This document shows positions 1 to 7,817 of a stretch of 36,846 bases of DNA, one piece after another (within the stretch, counting starts at the first letter, position 1; each line of letters starts with the position of its first letter). The DNA comes from a virus (taxonomy: Duplodnaviria; Caudoviricetes), in IMG/VR virus record IMGVR_UViG_3300012680_000005, positions 1 through 36,846 of that record; one strand, 5' to 3'. The position numbers and the translations under genes are program-made. The notes below the pieces were generated by a model. It worked only from the letters and a program-made list of their open reading frames with translations, did not search any database and had not been told where the DNA came from.

Positions 1-37
1 GCCCCAGCCTTGACCGACCACCCAATAGGAGCTTCCT

Positions 38-706
38 GTGAGCATCTTCGACAAGCACCGCGCCACCGTCTGGCCCTACCGCTGGGCCGGGACGTTGCAC
101 GTCCGCACCATCGCCGGCGGCATCCCGAGCGACCCCAAGGTGGCCGAGGGCTTCATACGGACGAAGCTCGTAGACGATCGCGACGACCTCATCCGAGACC
201 GGGTCGCCCAGCTCATGCTCGACCGGGGCATCACCGCCGAGGCAGCGGCGGAAGCAGCCGCTGAGCTGAAGCACCTCACTGGCTTCCTGCGTGATGAGCA
301 CGGCCTGTACATCCGCGACTACCACCTGAAGGCGGCACTGAAAGAGGCCGTGAGCGTCTGCGTCAACGCCGGCACGATGAAGGCGAAGGGCTGGGGGAAC
401 ACGAACAAGGGGGCGCTGTCGTGGGCCGTCGAGCACATCCACGTGCTCGAGGAGCGGCTCTACCTCGGTGTCACCGAACCCAGCGGCGTGGCCCAGGGCT
501 TCGTAAGCACGTGGCGCGGCACCGGCATCCGGCTGACAGAGTACGTCGAGGACGCCAAGGTCGGCTTCACCGTCATGACCGACCACGACTTCTCGGAGAA
601 GGAATGGGCGGCGATCTGGCTGACCGGTGAGCAGATGGGCATCGGCGCCCACCGGCCCCAGGGCTTCGGCAAGTACGAGGTCACGTCCTGGGAGCGAGTC
701 AATTGA
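38..706 (+). CDS. Standalone Cas7/RAMP-superfamily-like protein (Vipr/Csf2-like candidate)
   Basis: AGGAG RBS at 27-31 and GTG start; 222 aa. 'GLYIRDYHLKAALKEA' resembles the RAMP/Cas7 'xIPGSSLKGAxR' helix. The C-terminal Gly-rich loop 'GIGAHRPQGFGKYEV' fits the RAMP GxGxxRxxGxG signature. Confidence 0.75.
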   Translation: MSIFDKHRATVWPYRWAGTLHVRTIAGGIPSDPKVAEGFIRTKLVDDRDDLIRDRVAQLMLDRGITAEAAAEAAAELKHLTGFLRDEHGLYIRDYHLKAALKEAVSVCVNAGTMKAKGWGNTNKGALSWAVEHIHVLEERLYLGVTEPSGVAQGFVSTWRGTGIRLTEYVEDAKVGFTVMTDHDFSEKEWAAIWLTGEQMGIGAHRPQGFGKYEVTSWERVN

Positions 707-1641
707 CCGCCCTCGAGCCCCACGTCGCCGAGAGCACCGACCTGGTGCCGGTTGCCCAGCGCCAGCTCGAGGCGGACTGGCGTCAGGCCCAGCGCTTGGC
801 GCTGACCAACCTGGTGCCCGACGAGCTGCGGGGCAAGCCCAACGACGTCATGGCCGTGGTCCTGTTCGGCCGGCAGTACGGCCTTGTCCCCGCTCATGCC
901 GTGGCGCAACTCTGGATCATCAAGGGCAGGATCGTTCCCAGCGCCCAGGTGCTCGCCGGCGTCGCCATGCGGGCTGGCCACCGGGTGCGGATCACCGAGT
1001 CCTCGTCCGAGACCTGCACCGTGGCCATCCGTCGCCGCGAGGACGCCGATGACCCCGAGGGCTGGCAGCGCACGACCTTCACCATCGCCGACGCCGAGCG
1101 GGCAGGGCTGACCAAGAAGGAGATCTGGAAGGCCTGGACGGCGGACATGCTCTGCCACGCCACCATGCGCCGTGCGGTGAAGCGGGTATGCGCCGACGCC
1201 CTCCTCGGCATCGACGACGCCGGCGACGAGGGCCTGGCGCTCGAGACGGTCCGGGCCACCGTCGCGTCTGAGGCGCTGGCGCACGTTTCCGACGACGGGG
1301 TGGAGGCTCGGTCCTCGACTCCCGAGCCCGCCCCGCCGTCGGAGCCCATCGACGTGGCCGAGGGCGCCGAGCCCAACGACGGCGAGACGCAGGACCCACC
1401 GACCCCGGCGCAGATGCGTGCCATCCACGGCCAGCTGCGGGAGCTCGGCGTGATCGGCCCGGCCCGTCACCCGTTCGTGGCCGAGCGGGTGGGCAAGGCG
1501 GTCACCACCCTGAACGACCTCACCCGGGACGAGGCGTCGGTGCTCATTGACCGCCTGGGCGAGGAGATCGCCGGTGACGGGAAGGTGCCCAGGCACGAGC
1601 ACGACCCGCCGCCGGCGTCACCCGAGGGGGGCCAGGCGTGA
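703..1641 (+). CDS. RecT/Red-beta-like single-strand annealing protein
   Basis: 'LVPDELRGKPNDVMAVVLFGRQYGL...LWIIKGR' and 'FTIADAERAGLTKKEIWKAWTADML' are typical of phage RecT-family proteins; the start overlaps the upstream stop (TTGA). Confidence 0.75.
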   Translation: MTALEPHVAESTDLVPVAQRQLEADWRQAQRLALTNLVPDELRGKPNDVMAVVLFGRQYGLVPAHAVAQLWIIKGRIVPSAQVLAGVAMRAGHRVRITESSSETCTVAIRRREDADDPEGWQRTTFTIADAERAGLTKKEIWKAWTADMLCHATMRRAVKRVCADALLGIDDAGDEGLALETVRATVASEALAHVSDDGVEARSSTPEPAPPSEPIDVAEGAEPNDGETQDPPTPAQMRAIHGQLRELGVIGPARHPFVAERVGKAVTTLNDLTRDEASVLIDRLGEEIAGDGKVPRHEHDPPPASPEGGQA

Positions 1642-1973
1642 GCCGCACCCTGCCCCTCGGGGGCAACGAGACCCGCTACGGCAGTCCCCCCGCGTTCGAG
1701 GGCCTGGAGCCGATCGCCGCCTCGATGAAGATCAAGGCGTCCGAGCACGCCAGCCCCCGCATCCTGCGCCACGGCGGCCAGCTCTACGTGCTGCTGGCCT
1801 GCACCGTCGAGGACGTGCAGCACCCCACCACCAAGGAGGGCGACGTCGTCCGTCGCCAGGTCCTTCGTGTGGACGACGGCTGGCAGGTCGAGAGCAAGGA
1901 CGTCTACGCCCTGCTCGACGCCATCGAGCCGGACAAGCTGCCCGGCACCGAGCGGGCGGTGACGGACCGGTGA
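1638..1973 (+). CDS. Hypothetical phage protein
   Basis: GTGA overlaps on both sides; GC3-rich codon usage. Confidence 0.7.
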   Translation: MSRTLPLGGNETRYGSPPAFEGLEPIAASMKIKASEHASPRILRHGGQLYVLLACTVEDVQHPTTKEGDVVRRQVLRVDDGWQVESKDVYALLDAIEPDKLPGTERAVTDR

Positions 1974-2605
1974 GGCTGCTCGACCTGTTCTGCGGCGCCG
2001 GTGGGGCGGCCATGGGCTACCACCGGGCCGGCTTCGAGGTCGTCGGTGTCGACGTGGCGCCGCAACCGAACTACCCATTCGAGTTCCACCAGGCCGACGC
2101 CCTGACGTTCCCACTCGACGGGTTCGACGCCATCCATGCCTCGCCACCGTGCCAGGCGTTCACTGCCTATCGGCGACGTGGGCAAGGGGTGGGCGACAAC
2201 TACCCCGACCTCATAGCGACGACGCGCGCCCGGCTGGTAATAGCCGGCCGACCCTGGGTGATCGAGAACGTGCCGGGCGCTCCACTCGTGGCGCCGTTCC
2301 GGCTCTGCGGGTCGAGCTTCGGACTTGACGTTCGCCGTCACCGGTATTTCGAGTCGAGTCTGAGCCTGTTGTCCCCACCGTGCGACCACGGCTGGCAGAC
2401 ACCTCGGTTCCGGCAGGCAACGAACCGCTCAAACCTCCGACGAACTGTTGAAGTCGGGGTCTACCGCATCCCCTTGAAGGTTCAGCGGGAGGCCATGGGC
2501 ATCGACTGGATGACCCTGCCGGAGCTGAGCCAGGCCATCCCGCCGGCGTACACCGCCTGGCTCGGTGGACAGCTCCGGGCCTGCTTCAGCGAGGTGGCGG
2601 CGTGA
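1970..2605 (+). CDS. C5-cytosine DNA methyltransferase (short phage type)
   Basis: Motif I 'LDLFCGAGG', motif IV 'ASPPCQ', motif VI 'IENV' and C-terminal 'SQAIPP'; GTG at 1970 overlaps the upstream TGA. Confidence 0.9.
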   Translation: MRLLDLFCGAGGAAMGYHRAGFEVVGVDVAPQPNYPFEFHQADALTFPLDGFDAIHASPPCQAFTAYRRRGQGVGDNYPDLIATTRARLVIAGRPWVIENVPGAPLVAPFRLCGSSFGLDVRRHRYFESSLSLLSPPCDHGWQTPRFRQATNRSNLRRTVEVGVYRIPLKVQREAMGIDWMTLPELSQAIPPAYTAWLGGQLRACFSEVAA

Positions 2606-3003
2606 CCGGCTCGAGCCTCGACGCCGACCTCATCGAGGTGGGCTCCGTCGTGTGGATCAAGGGGGCGCCCGACTCCGCCGTCCTTGACGACCTGGCCGCC
2701 GGCGGCACCGTCTGGCTCATCGACACCGACGTCGACCGGGACACCGGCGAGGTCCTGGGCCGGGCCTTCCACTGCGTGCGCAGCAGCGACCTGCGGTTCC
2801 GGCGACTGACGGCCGACCAGATCGCCCCGCCCACCGCGGACGACCTCCCCAACGACTACAACGTCCGAGACCTCGTGCGCGCCCTGGCGCGAGAGCTCGG
2901 CACCGGGTGCCGCTGCCGCAAGCGCCGAGGCATGTTCACCAGCGACGAAACCCGACTGCTCGACGCCATGTCTCGTCTGGCGAAGGTGCTGGTGCCCTCG
3001 TGA
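2602..3003 (+). CDS. Hypothetical protein
   Basis: Coupled ORF with GTGA overlaps and a GAGGTGG RBS. Confidence 0.7.
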   Translation: MTGSSLDADLIEVGSVVWIKGAPDSAVLDDLAAGGTVWLIDTDVDRDTGEVLGRAFHCVRSSDLRFRRLTADQIAPPTADDLPNDYNVRDLVRALARELGTGCRCRKRRGMFTSDETRLLDAMSRLAKVLVPS

Positions 3004-3224
3004 GCCTGCGCATCCTGCAGATCATGCCGGCCGAGGGCTGGCGGGCGGTCTACGAGATCGACGCCCGCAGCACCACCGGGGCGCTCGGCGGGTGGGCGCT
3101 GGTCGAGGTCGACGACCGCCGCTTCATCACCGGCTTCGCCCCCGACCGACTCGGCGGCGTTGTGCTGGTCCTGGATGACCCGTACTGCACCGGCTACGTC
3201 TACCGCCAGAGCGTGGCGCCGTGA
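3000..3224 (+). CDS. Hypothetical protein
   Basis: GTG at 3000 overlaps the upstream stop; in frame with track ORF 2907..3224. Confidence 0.65.
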   Translation: MSLRILQIMPAEGWRAVYEIDARSTTGALGGWALVEVDDRRFITGFAPDRLGGVVLVLDDPYCTGYVYRQSVAP

Positions 3225-3430
3225 CCGACCCGCACCCCGTCAACGTCGACAGCGTCCTGATCCAGGTGGAGTGCAGCGTGTGCGCCGCCGGCGTGCCCGT
3301 GCGGTCGTGGTGGCGCCACCGGGACTGGCACCGGACCCAGCGTGACGTCATGCGGGTGGTGGCGGCCGAGGCGATGCTCGACGCCCTGGAGGCCAAGCGT
3401 GCGCAGGTGGCGGCCGAGGCGGCGTCGTGA
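3221..3430 (+). CDS. Small protein with C2H2-like zinc motif
   Basis: 'CSVC...HRDWH'; coupled overlaps. Confidence 0.6.
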   Translation: MTDPHPVNVDSVLIQVECSVCAAGVPVRSWWRHRDWHRTQRDVMRVVAAEAMLDALEAKRAQVAAEAAS

Positions 3431-5259
3431 GCGCCCGTCTCATCCGTGGCGACGCCACCCGCATCCCCCTGCCCGATGCCTCGATCGATGCCGTGGTCAC
3501 CGACCCGCCGTACGGGCTGGAATTCATGGGCAAGAGCTGGGACCGGCTCGGCAACATCGGTCAGACGAGCCACCAAGGGTTTGCCAAAGACAAGGGGTTC
3601 AAGGGGTTCCGTCTTGCTAGTTACTCCGGGTCATCCAATGTCAAATGTCGACGTTGTGAGAAATGGCAATGGGATCACACCAACAGGAAATGTGAGTGTG
3701 ACGAGCCGGACTTCCCGAACATGAGGGCGCATCAGGGTTCGCTAATGCAGGCGTGGCACCAGCAGTGGGCTGAGGAGTGCCTGCGGGTGCTGAAGCCCGG
3801 AGGGCACCTACTCGCCTTCGGCGGCACCCGCACCTATCACCGGATGACCTGTGCCATCGAGGACGCCGGCTTCGAGATCCGTGACTGCCTGACGTGGCTC
3901 TACGGGTCCGGGTTTCCGAAGAGCCTCGTCGTGTCGAAGGCCATTGACAAGGCGGCGGGAGCCGAGCGTGAGGTCGTGGGCTACGAGGGAAGCGACGGCG
4001 TAGTCCGCCAGCCTCGTGCCATGAACCCGAACGGCGGGGACCGGGTCGCCGTTCAGACGATCACCGCCCCCGCCACTCCTGACGCCGAGCGTTGGCAGGG
4101 ATGGGGCACGGCGCTAAAGCCGGCGCACGAGCCAATCGTCCTTGCCCGCAAGCCGCTCATTGGCACCGTGGCGGCGAACGTCCTGCGATTCGGAACGGGG
4201 GCGCTCAACATCGACGGGTGCCGGGTGGAGTATCGCCCCAACGACTTCGCTGCCCGTACGGAGCGCACCGGCACCCATGCAGGTGAGGTCTACGGCCACC
4301 ACGGCAATGTGTCTTATTCGGGTGGTGAGGTGGCCGCCCCGAACCCCGCCGGCCGATGGCCCCCCAACGTCGCTCTCGATGAGGACGCTGCCGAGATGCT
4401 CGATGCTCAGAGCGGGGAGCGCAATAGGTGGAAGCTGATGCTGACCTATACCACGGCCGACGCTGAGGGACGGAACATCTACGAAGCCAACCGACGTGGC
4501 TCCACGACGAGTGACCCTCCCGCCGGCCGGTGGCCCCCGAATGTCGCTCTCGATGAGGTCGCCGCCGAGATGCTCGACGCTCAGAGCGGGGAGCGACCCA
4601 CGGGAGCGGTGAAGCCATACACCCGAGCCGATGATTCCTCGCCCATGTTCCCTGTCGGCACAGATCTGACCTACGCCAAGCCTGGCGACACCGGTGGCGC
4701 ATCCCGGTTCATGTTCGTCGCCAAGGCGTCAACGTCCGAGCGCAACGCCGGGCTCGACAAGTGGTGCCACTGTGAAACCAGTAAGCTTTATGAGTGGGAA
4801 GAACCGGACCCAAGCCATCCCGAAGCGACGGATACCACGTCACGGCCACGGGCTACCTCCGGGGCGTCGTCGACGGACGAATGCAGCTCGCTCATGTCGT
4901 CGCTTGGGAACGAGCCAACGGACCCGTCCCCGACGGATACCAGCTCCACCACCACAACGGCGACAAGCTCGACAACCGGGTTACCAATCTCGAGCTCGTC
5001 ACCCCTACCGAGCACAAGCGCATCCACGGGGGTTGCGAACGACGAGACGGCCAGTGGTGGAAGCCCTGCCGACTCTGCGGCCAACTCAAGCCCATCACCG
5101 TCGACCACTGGTACATCAGTCCCGAAGGCTGGCCCCTCTACGGCCGATGCCGACCCTGCCATATCGCCAAGGTCGTCGAGGCCAAGCGTCTGCGGAAGTT
5201 GCGGGCGGCCGACGGGAGGTGATGCTAGTGGGCGTGGTCGTAATGACCACCCCACGTAG
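3427..5259 (+). CDS. N4/N6 DNA methyltransferase (beta class), N-terminal part, interrupted
   Basis: Catalytic 'VVTDPPYG', plus 'RVLKPGGHLLAFGGTRTYHR' and 'GWGTALKPAHEPIVLARKP'. The ORF ends at 'RNDHPT*', just before the expected 'VKP' and the SAM-binding motif. Confidence 0.85.
   Translation: MSARLIRGDATRIPLPDASIDAVVTDPPYGLEFMGKSWDRLGNIGQTSHQGFAKDKGFKGFRLASYSGSSNVKCRRCEKWQWDHTNRKCECDEPDFPNMRAHQGSLMQAWHQQWAEECLRVLKPGGHLLAFGGTRTYHRMTCAIEDAGFEIRDCLTWLYGSGFPKSLVVSKAIDKAAGAEREVVGYEGSDGVVRQPRAMNPNGGDRVAVQTITAPATPDAERWQGWGTALKPAHEPIVLARKPLIGTVAANVLRFGTGALNIDGCRVEYRPNDFAARTERTGTHAGEVYGHHGNVSYSGGEVAAPNPAGRWPPNVALDEDAAEMLDAQSGERNRWKLMLTYTTADAEGRNIYEANRRGSTTSDPPAGRWPPNVALDEVAAEMLDAQSGERPTGAVKPYTRADDSSPMFPVGTDLTYAKPGDTGGASRFMFVAKASTSERNAGLDKWCHCETSKLYEWEEPDPSHPEATDTTSRPRATSGASSTDECSSLMSSLGNEPTDPSPTDTSSTTTTATSSTTGLPISSSSPLPSTSASTGVANDETASGGSPADSAANSSPSPSTTGTSVPKAGPSTADADPAISPRSSRPSVCGSCGRPTGGDASGRGRNDHPT
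4345..4596 (+). repeat. Internal 78-nt duplication in the methyltransferase (4345-4422 and 4519-4596)
   Basis: 'PAGRWPPNVALDE(D/V)AAEMLDAQSGER' occurs twice. Confidence 0.9.
4782..4787 (+). promoter_or_regulatory. Putative -10 box (TAAGCT) for leaderless expression of the nested HNH
   Basis: TANNNT hexamer 6 nt before GTG 4794 with no SD, a layout typical of actinobacterial leaderless genes. Confidence 0.45.
4794..5222 (+). CDS. HNH endonuclease nested out of frame inside the methyltransferase ORF
   Basis: 'AHVVAWERANGPVPDGYQLHHHNGDKLDNRVTNLELVTPTEH' is a canonical HNH_3 motif, followed by CxxC pairs. Confidence 0.85.
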   Translation: MGRTGPKPSRSDGYHVTATGYLRGVVDGRMQLAHVVAWERANGPVPDGYQLHHHNGDKLDNRVTNLELVTPTEHKRIHGGCERRDGQWWKPCRLCGQLKPITVDHWYISPEGWPLYGRCRPCHIAKVVEAKRLRKLRAADGR

Positions 5260-5263
5260 CACG

Positions 5264-5470
5264 GTGAAGCCCGTCGCTCTCATGCGCTGGCTCATCCGCC
5301 TCGTAACGCCACCGGGCGGCATCGTCCTTGACCCCTTCGCCGGCAGCGGCAGCACGCTCGTCGCCGCTGTCATCGAGGGCCGGACCTGCGTCGGCATCGA
5401 GCGTGAGGCTAAGTACGTCGAGATCATCCGCGGTCGGCTGAGCCAGGCACTCCAGCCGGTGATGTTCTAG
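5264..5470 (+). CDS. C-terminal (SAM-binding) part of the N4/N6 methyltransferase, in a shifted frame
   Basis: 'VKPVALMRWLIRLVTPPGGIVLDPFAGSGST...GIERE' is the direct continuation of 'HPT'. Confidence 0.85.
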   Translation: MKPVALMRWLIRLVTPPGGIVLDPFAGSGSTLVAAVIEGRTCVGIEREAKYVEIIRGRLSQALQPVMF

Positions 5471-6231
5471 TGGGCGCCCGCCTCATCATCGGCGACAGCT
5501 TGACCGTGCTGCGCTCGATGCCCGACGCCTCGGTCGACCTCGTGCTGACTTCGCCACCGTTCCGTCCGGCGACGAGCGAGATGGTCGTCGCCTGCACGTC
5601 GAGGACCCGGTACTTCGACCTGGACGCTGTGAGAGAGCCATACGCCGAGATCACCTTGAAGAACCACGGTGGCGCGACACGGGCTCAGCAGGGACCGAAA
5701 ATGGCACAGACGCGACCCGGTATCCCAAACGCAAGGCTCACCCATGCCGGCGCCCCGCCTAACGACTGGTGGGACATCCCGACCAAACCCTACAAAGGCG
5801 CCCACTACGCCACCTGGCCGCCTGGCCTGCTGGTGAAGCCCATAAAGGCCATGTGCCCAGAGAAGGTTTGTCGGAGCTGCGGGGAGCCATCGCGGCGGAT
5901 TGTGGAGGCGACCCGCGTCGTCGTCTGTCCGCAGACGGCAAGCAACGCAGCTCGATCAAAGGACCCCGGGTTCGGCCAAGAGGGACATAGCGCCCGCACA
6001 ACCCTCGGCTGGTCCGACTGCCACCACGACGACTGGCGGCCGGGCGTGGTCCTCGACCCCTTCGCCGGAAGTGGGACGACGTTGCTCGTCGCCACCGGCC
6101 ACGGTCGGGACGCCATCGGCATCGACCTCGACCAGCGCAACGCGGCCCTTGCCGCTCACCGGGTCGGCATGTTCCTCAGTGACGAGCCACCCCGACCCGT
6201 CGAGACGGTGGACAGTGAGGCGCTGTCGTGA
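5470..6231 (+). CDS. Second N4/N6 methyltransferase, apparently internally deleted
   Basis: Has 'VLTSPPF', 'GAHYATWP' and 'VLDPFAGSGTT'. SPPF runs directly into 'RPATSEMVVA', without the usual intervening 'RVL..GS' segment. Confidence 0.7.
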   Translation: MGARLIIGDSLTVLRSMPDASVDLVLTSPPFRPATSEMVVACTSRTRYFDLDAVREPYAEITLKNHGGATRAQQGPKMAQTRPGIPNARLTHAGAPPNDWWDIPTKPYKGAHYATWPPGLLVKPIKAMCPEKVCRSCGEPSRRIVEATRVVVCPQTASNAARSKDPGFGQEGHSARTTLGWSDCHHDDWRPGVVLDPFAGSGTTLLVATGHGRDAIGIDLDQRNAALAAHRVGMFLSDEPPRPVETVDSEALS

Positions 6232-6521
6232 GCGGGCGCCTGCCGGTCATCCCCAACGGGCTCGGCGTCATCCGGGCTCCCAGCGGGCACTGGGTCGTCG
6301 TGCACCTGGGCAGCGGGACCAAGGTGGTCCAGTACTGCCCGACCCGGCCCGTCGCCCTCGCCGCCGCCGAGAAGCTCGGGCCGGTGACGGACTGGACCCG
6401 GACGCGCGAGGAGCTGGTCGCCGAGCCCGAAGTCGACCGGGCCATCCGCCTCGCCGACCGTGACATCGCCGAGGCCACCATCCTGGAGCGCCGGGCCCGA
6501 CGACGGACGGTGCGGCGGTGA
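6228..6521 (+). CDS. Hypothetical protein
   Basis: Coupled ORF. Confidence 0.65.
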   Translation: MSGRLPVIPNGLGVIRAPSGHWVVVHLGSGTKVVQYCPTRPVALAAAEKLGPVTDWTRTREELVAEPEVDRAIRLADRDIAEATILERRARRRTVRR

Positions 6522-6778
6522 GCTGGCCGAGTCGCCTCCGCAAGGCCGAGCTGGCCGTGATCTACCTGCGGGCCGAGCTCGCCACCGCCAGGGCGGCGCA
6601 CGACGTCGTGGCGGCCGACGCCCACGCCCTCGAGGACCACTGCCTCGTGCTGCAGGCCGAGGTCGAGGACTGGCAGGTGCGCTGGGGTGAGGCCGTGGCC
6701 GAGCGTGACAAGGCCCTGGCCGAGGTCGAGACCTACGCCCGCGCCCTGCGGGCCGTCCAGCAGGAGGTCCCGTCGTGA
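6518..6778 (+). CDS. Hypothetical coiled-coil protein
   Basis: Coupled ORF rich in A/E/L heptads. Confidence 0.65.
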   Translation: MSWPSRLRKAELAVIYLRAELATARAAHDVVAADAHALEDHCLVLQAEVEDWQVRWGEAVAERDKALAEVETYARALRAVQQEVPS

Positions 6779-6948
6779 TGGGCCCGTGGCTGGTCACCCT
6801 GGTCATCGGCTTCGGCCTGGGCTTCCTGTGCGCCGCCGTCTTGCTGGTGTGGCTGAGCACCGGGCCCGTCGACCAGCTGCCCCCCGACGCCGAGGCGGTC
6901 CAGTGGCGTCGGCGCCTGTTCGACCAGGACCAGGGGGACGCGGCGTGA
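6775..6948 (+). CDS. Small membrane protein
   Basis: AGGAGG RBS; hydrophobic helix 'MGPWLVTLVIGFGLGFLCAAVLLVWL'. Too short for the ORF track. Confidence 0.6.
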   Translation: MMGPWLVTLVIGFGLGFLCAAVLLVWLSTGPVDQLPPDAEAVQWRRRLFDQDQGDAA

Positions 6949-7817
6949 AGAAGGGGCGCCCGCCGTACGCAACACTCGATGTCGACTACTGCGACAACGT
7001 CAAGGTCATCCGGGCCGGCGAGAAGGCCGAGCTCCTCTATGTCCGGGGTCTCGTCCTGACCAGACGTCTGCGCCTCGACGGGTTCATCGGCGACGAGCAC
7101 CTCGACCTCGTCGGGATCCGAATGGCCGGTGTTCCGGCTCGCGTGAAGCGGCTCGTCGAGGTTGGCCTCTGGACCCGGGTGGACGGCGGTTACCAGATCG
7201 TCGACTATCTCGAGCGCAACAAATCCGCGGTGACCATCGCCCAGGAGGACGACGCCAAGCGGGACGCCAACACCGAGCGGATGCGCCGTGTGCGCGCCGC
7301 CGAAACAGCGCACACGGATCCTGTGCGTGAACGCACGAAATCGCACGCCGACCCTGTGCGCGCCCTAGAAGCAGAAGCAGAAGCAGAAGCAGAAGCAAAC
7401 CCTCCTCCTCAGGGCACCAGTGACTCACGAAGCCCGTCGCTCAACGGTGCCGGGCTGACGCCCGGCGAGGAGGAGGATTCAGGGGATAAGTCCAGGTCAA
7501 AGGGCGAAAAGCCAGAGCAGGACCACGGCGTCGAGACGGCGTTGGCCCACCTGCAGCGGACCAGCATGGTCATCGCTGCCCGCCGTCTGCTGGCCCGACC
7601 GGAGGGCTCCGAGCCCATCAAGCGCGCCGACCGCTGGCAGAAAACCACCGCGGCCGAGGCCGCCTCGCACTTCCGCGACGAGCACCTATCGATCTTTCTC
7701 GACTCGATCGCGCTCACTGGCGAGCCACCGACCGAGCAGGAAATGGCCGACGCGCTCGAACCACCGACGGGTCTCGACGCCATCGCGGCGTCGGCGGCCG
7801 AGGACGGCGAGGCGTGA
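6945..7817 (+). CDS. Phage replication initiator (replisome-organizer-like)
   Basis: N-terminal 'LYVRGL...DGFI...RLVEVGLW....GGYQIVDYLERN' and 'ERMRRVR', an EA-repeat linker, and position upstream of a helicase-loader-like gene. Confidence 0.7.
   Translation: MKKGRPPYATLDVDYCDNVKVIRAGEKAELLYVRGLVLTRRLRLDGFIGDEHLDLVGIRMAGVPARVKRLVEVGLWTRVDGGYQIVDYLERNKSAVTIAQEDDAKRDANTERMRRVRAAETAHTDPVRERTKSHADPVRALEAEAEAEAEANPPPQGTSDSRSPSLNGAGLTPGEEEDSGDKSRSKGEKPEQDHGVETALAHLQRTSMVIAARRLLARPEGSEPIKRADRWQKTTAAEAASHFRDEHLSIFLDSIALTGEPPTEQEMADALEPPTGLDAIAASAAEDGEA
7289..7397. repeat. Putative origin: CGCAC/GTGCG iteron-like repeats plus (GAAGCA)5
   Basis: TGTGCG at 7289, 7322, 7355; CGCAC at 7309, 7332, 7342; GAAGCA x5 at 7368-7397; all inside the initiator gene. 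Confidence 0.5.

Noticed and set aside
4760-5259. Intein or group I intron
   Set aside because: No intein C-terminal HN motif, the nuclease is out of frame, and too little non-coding flank exists for a group I core.
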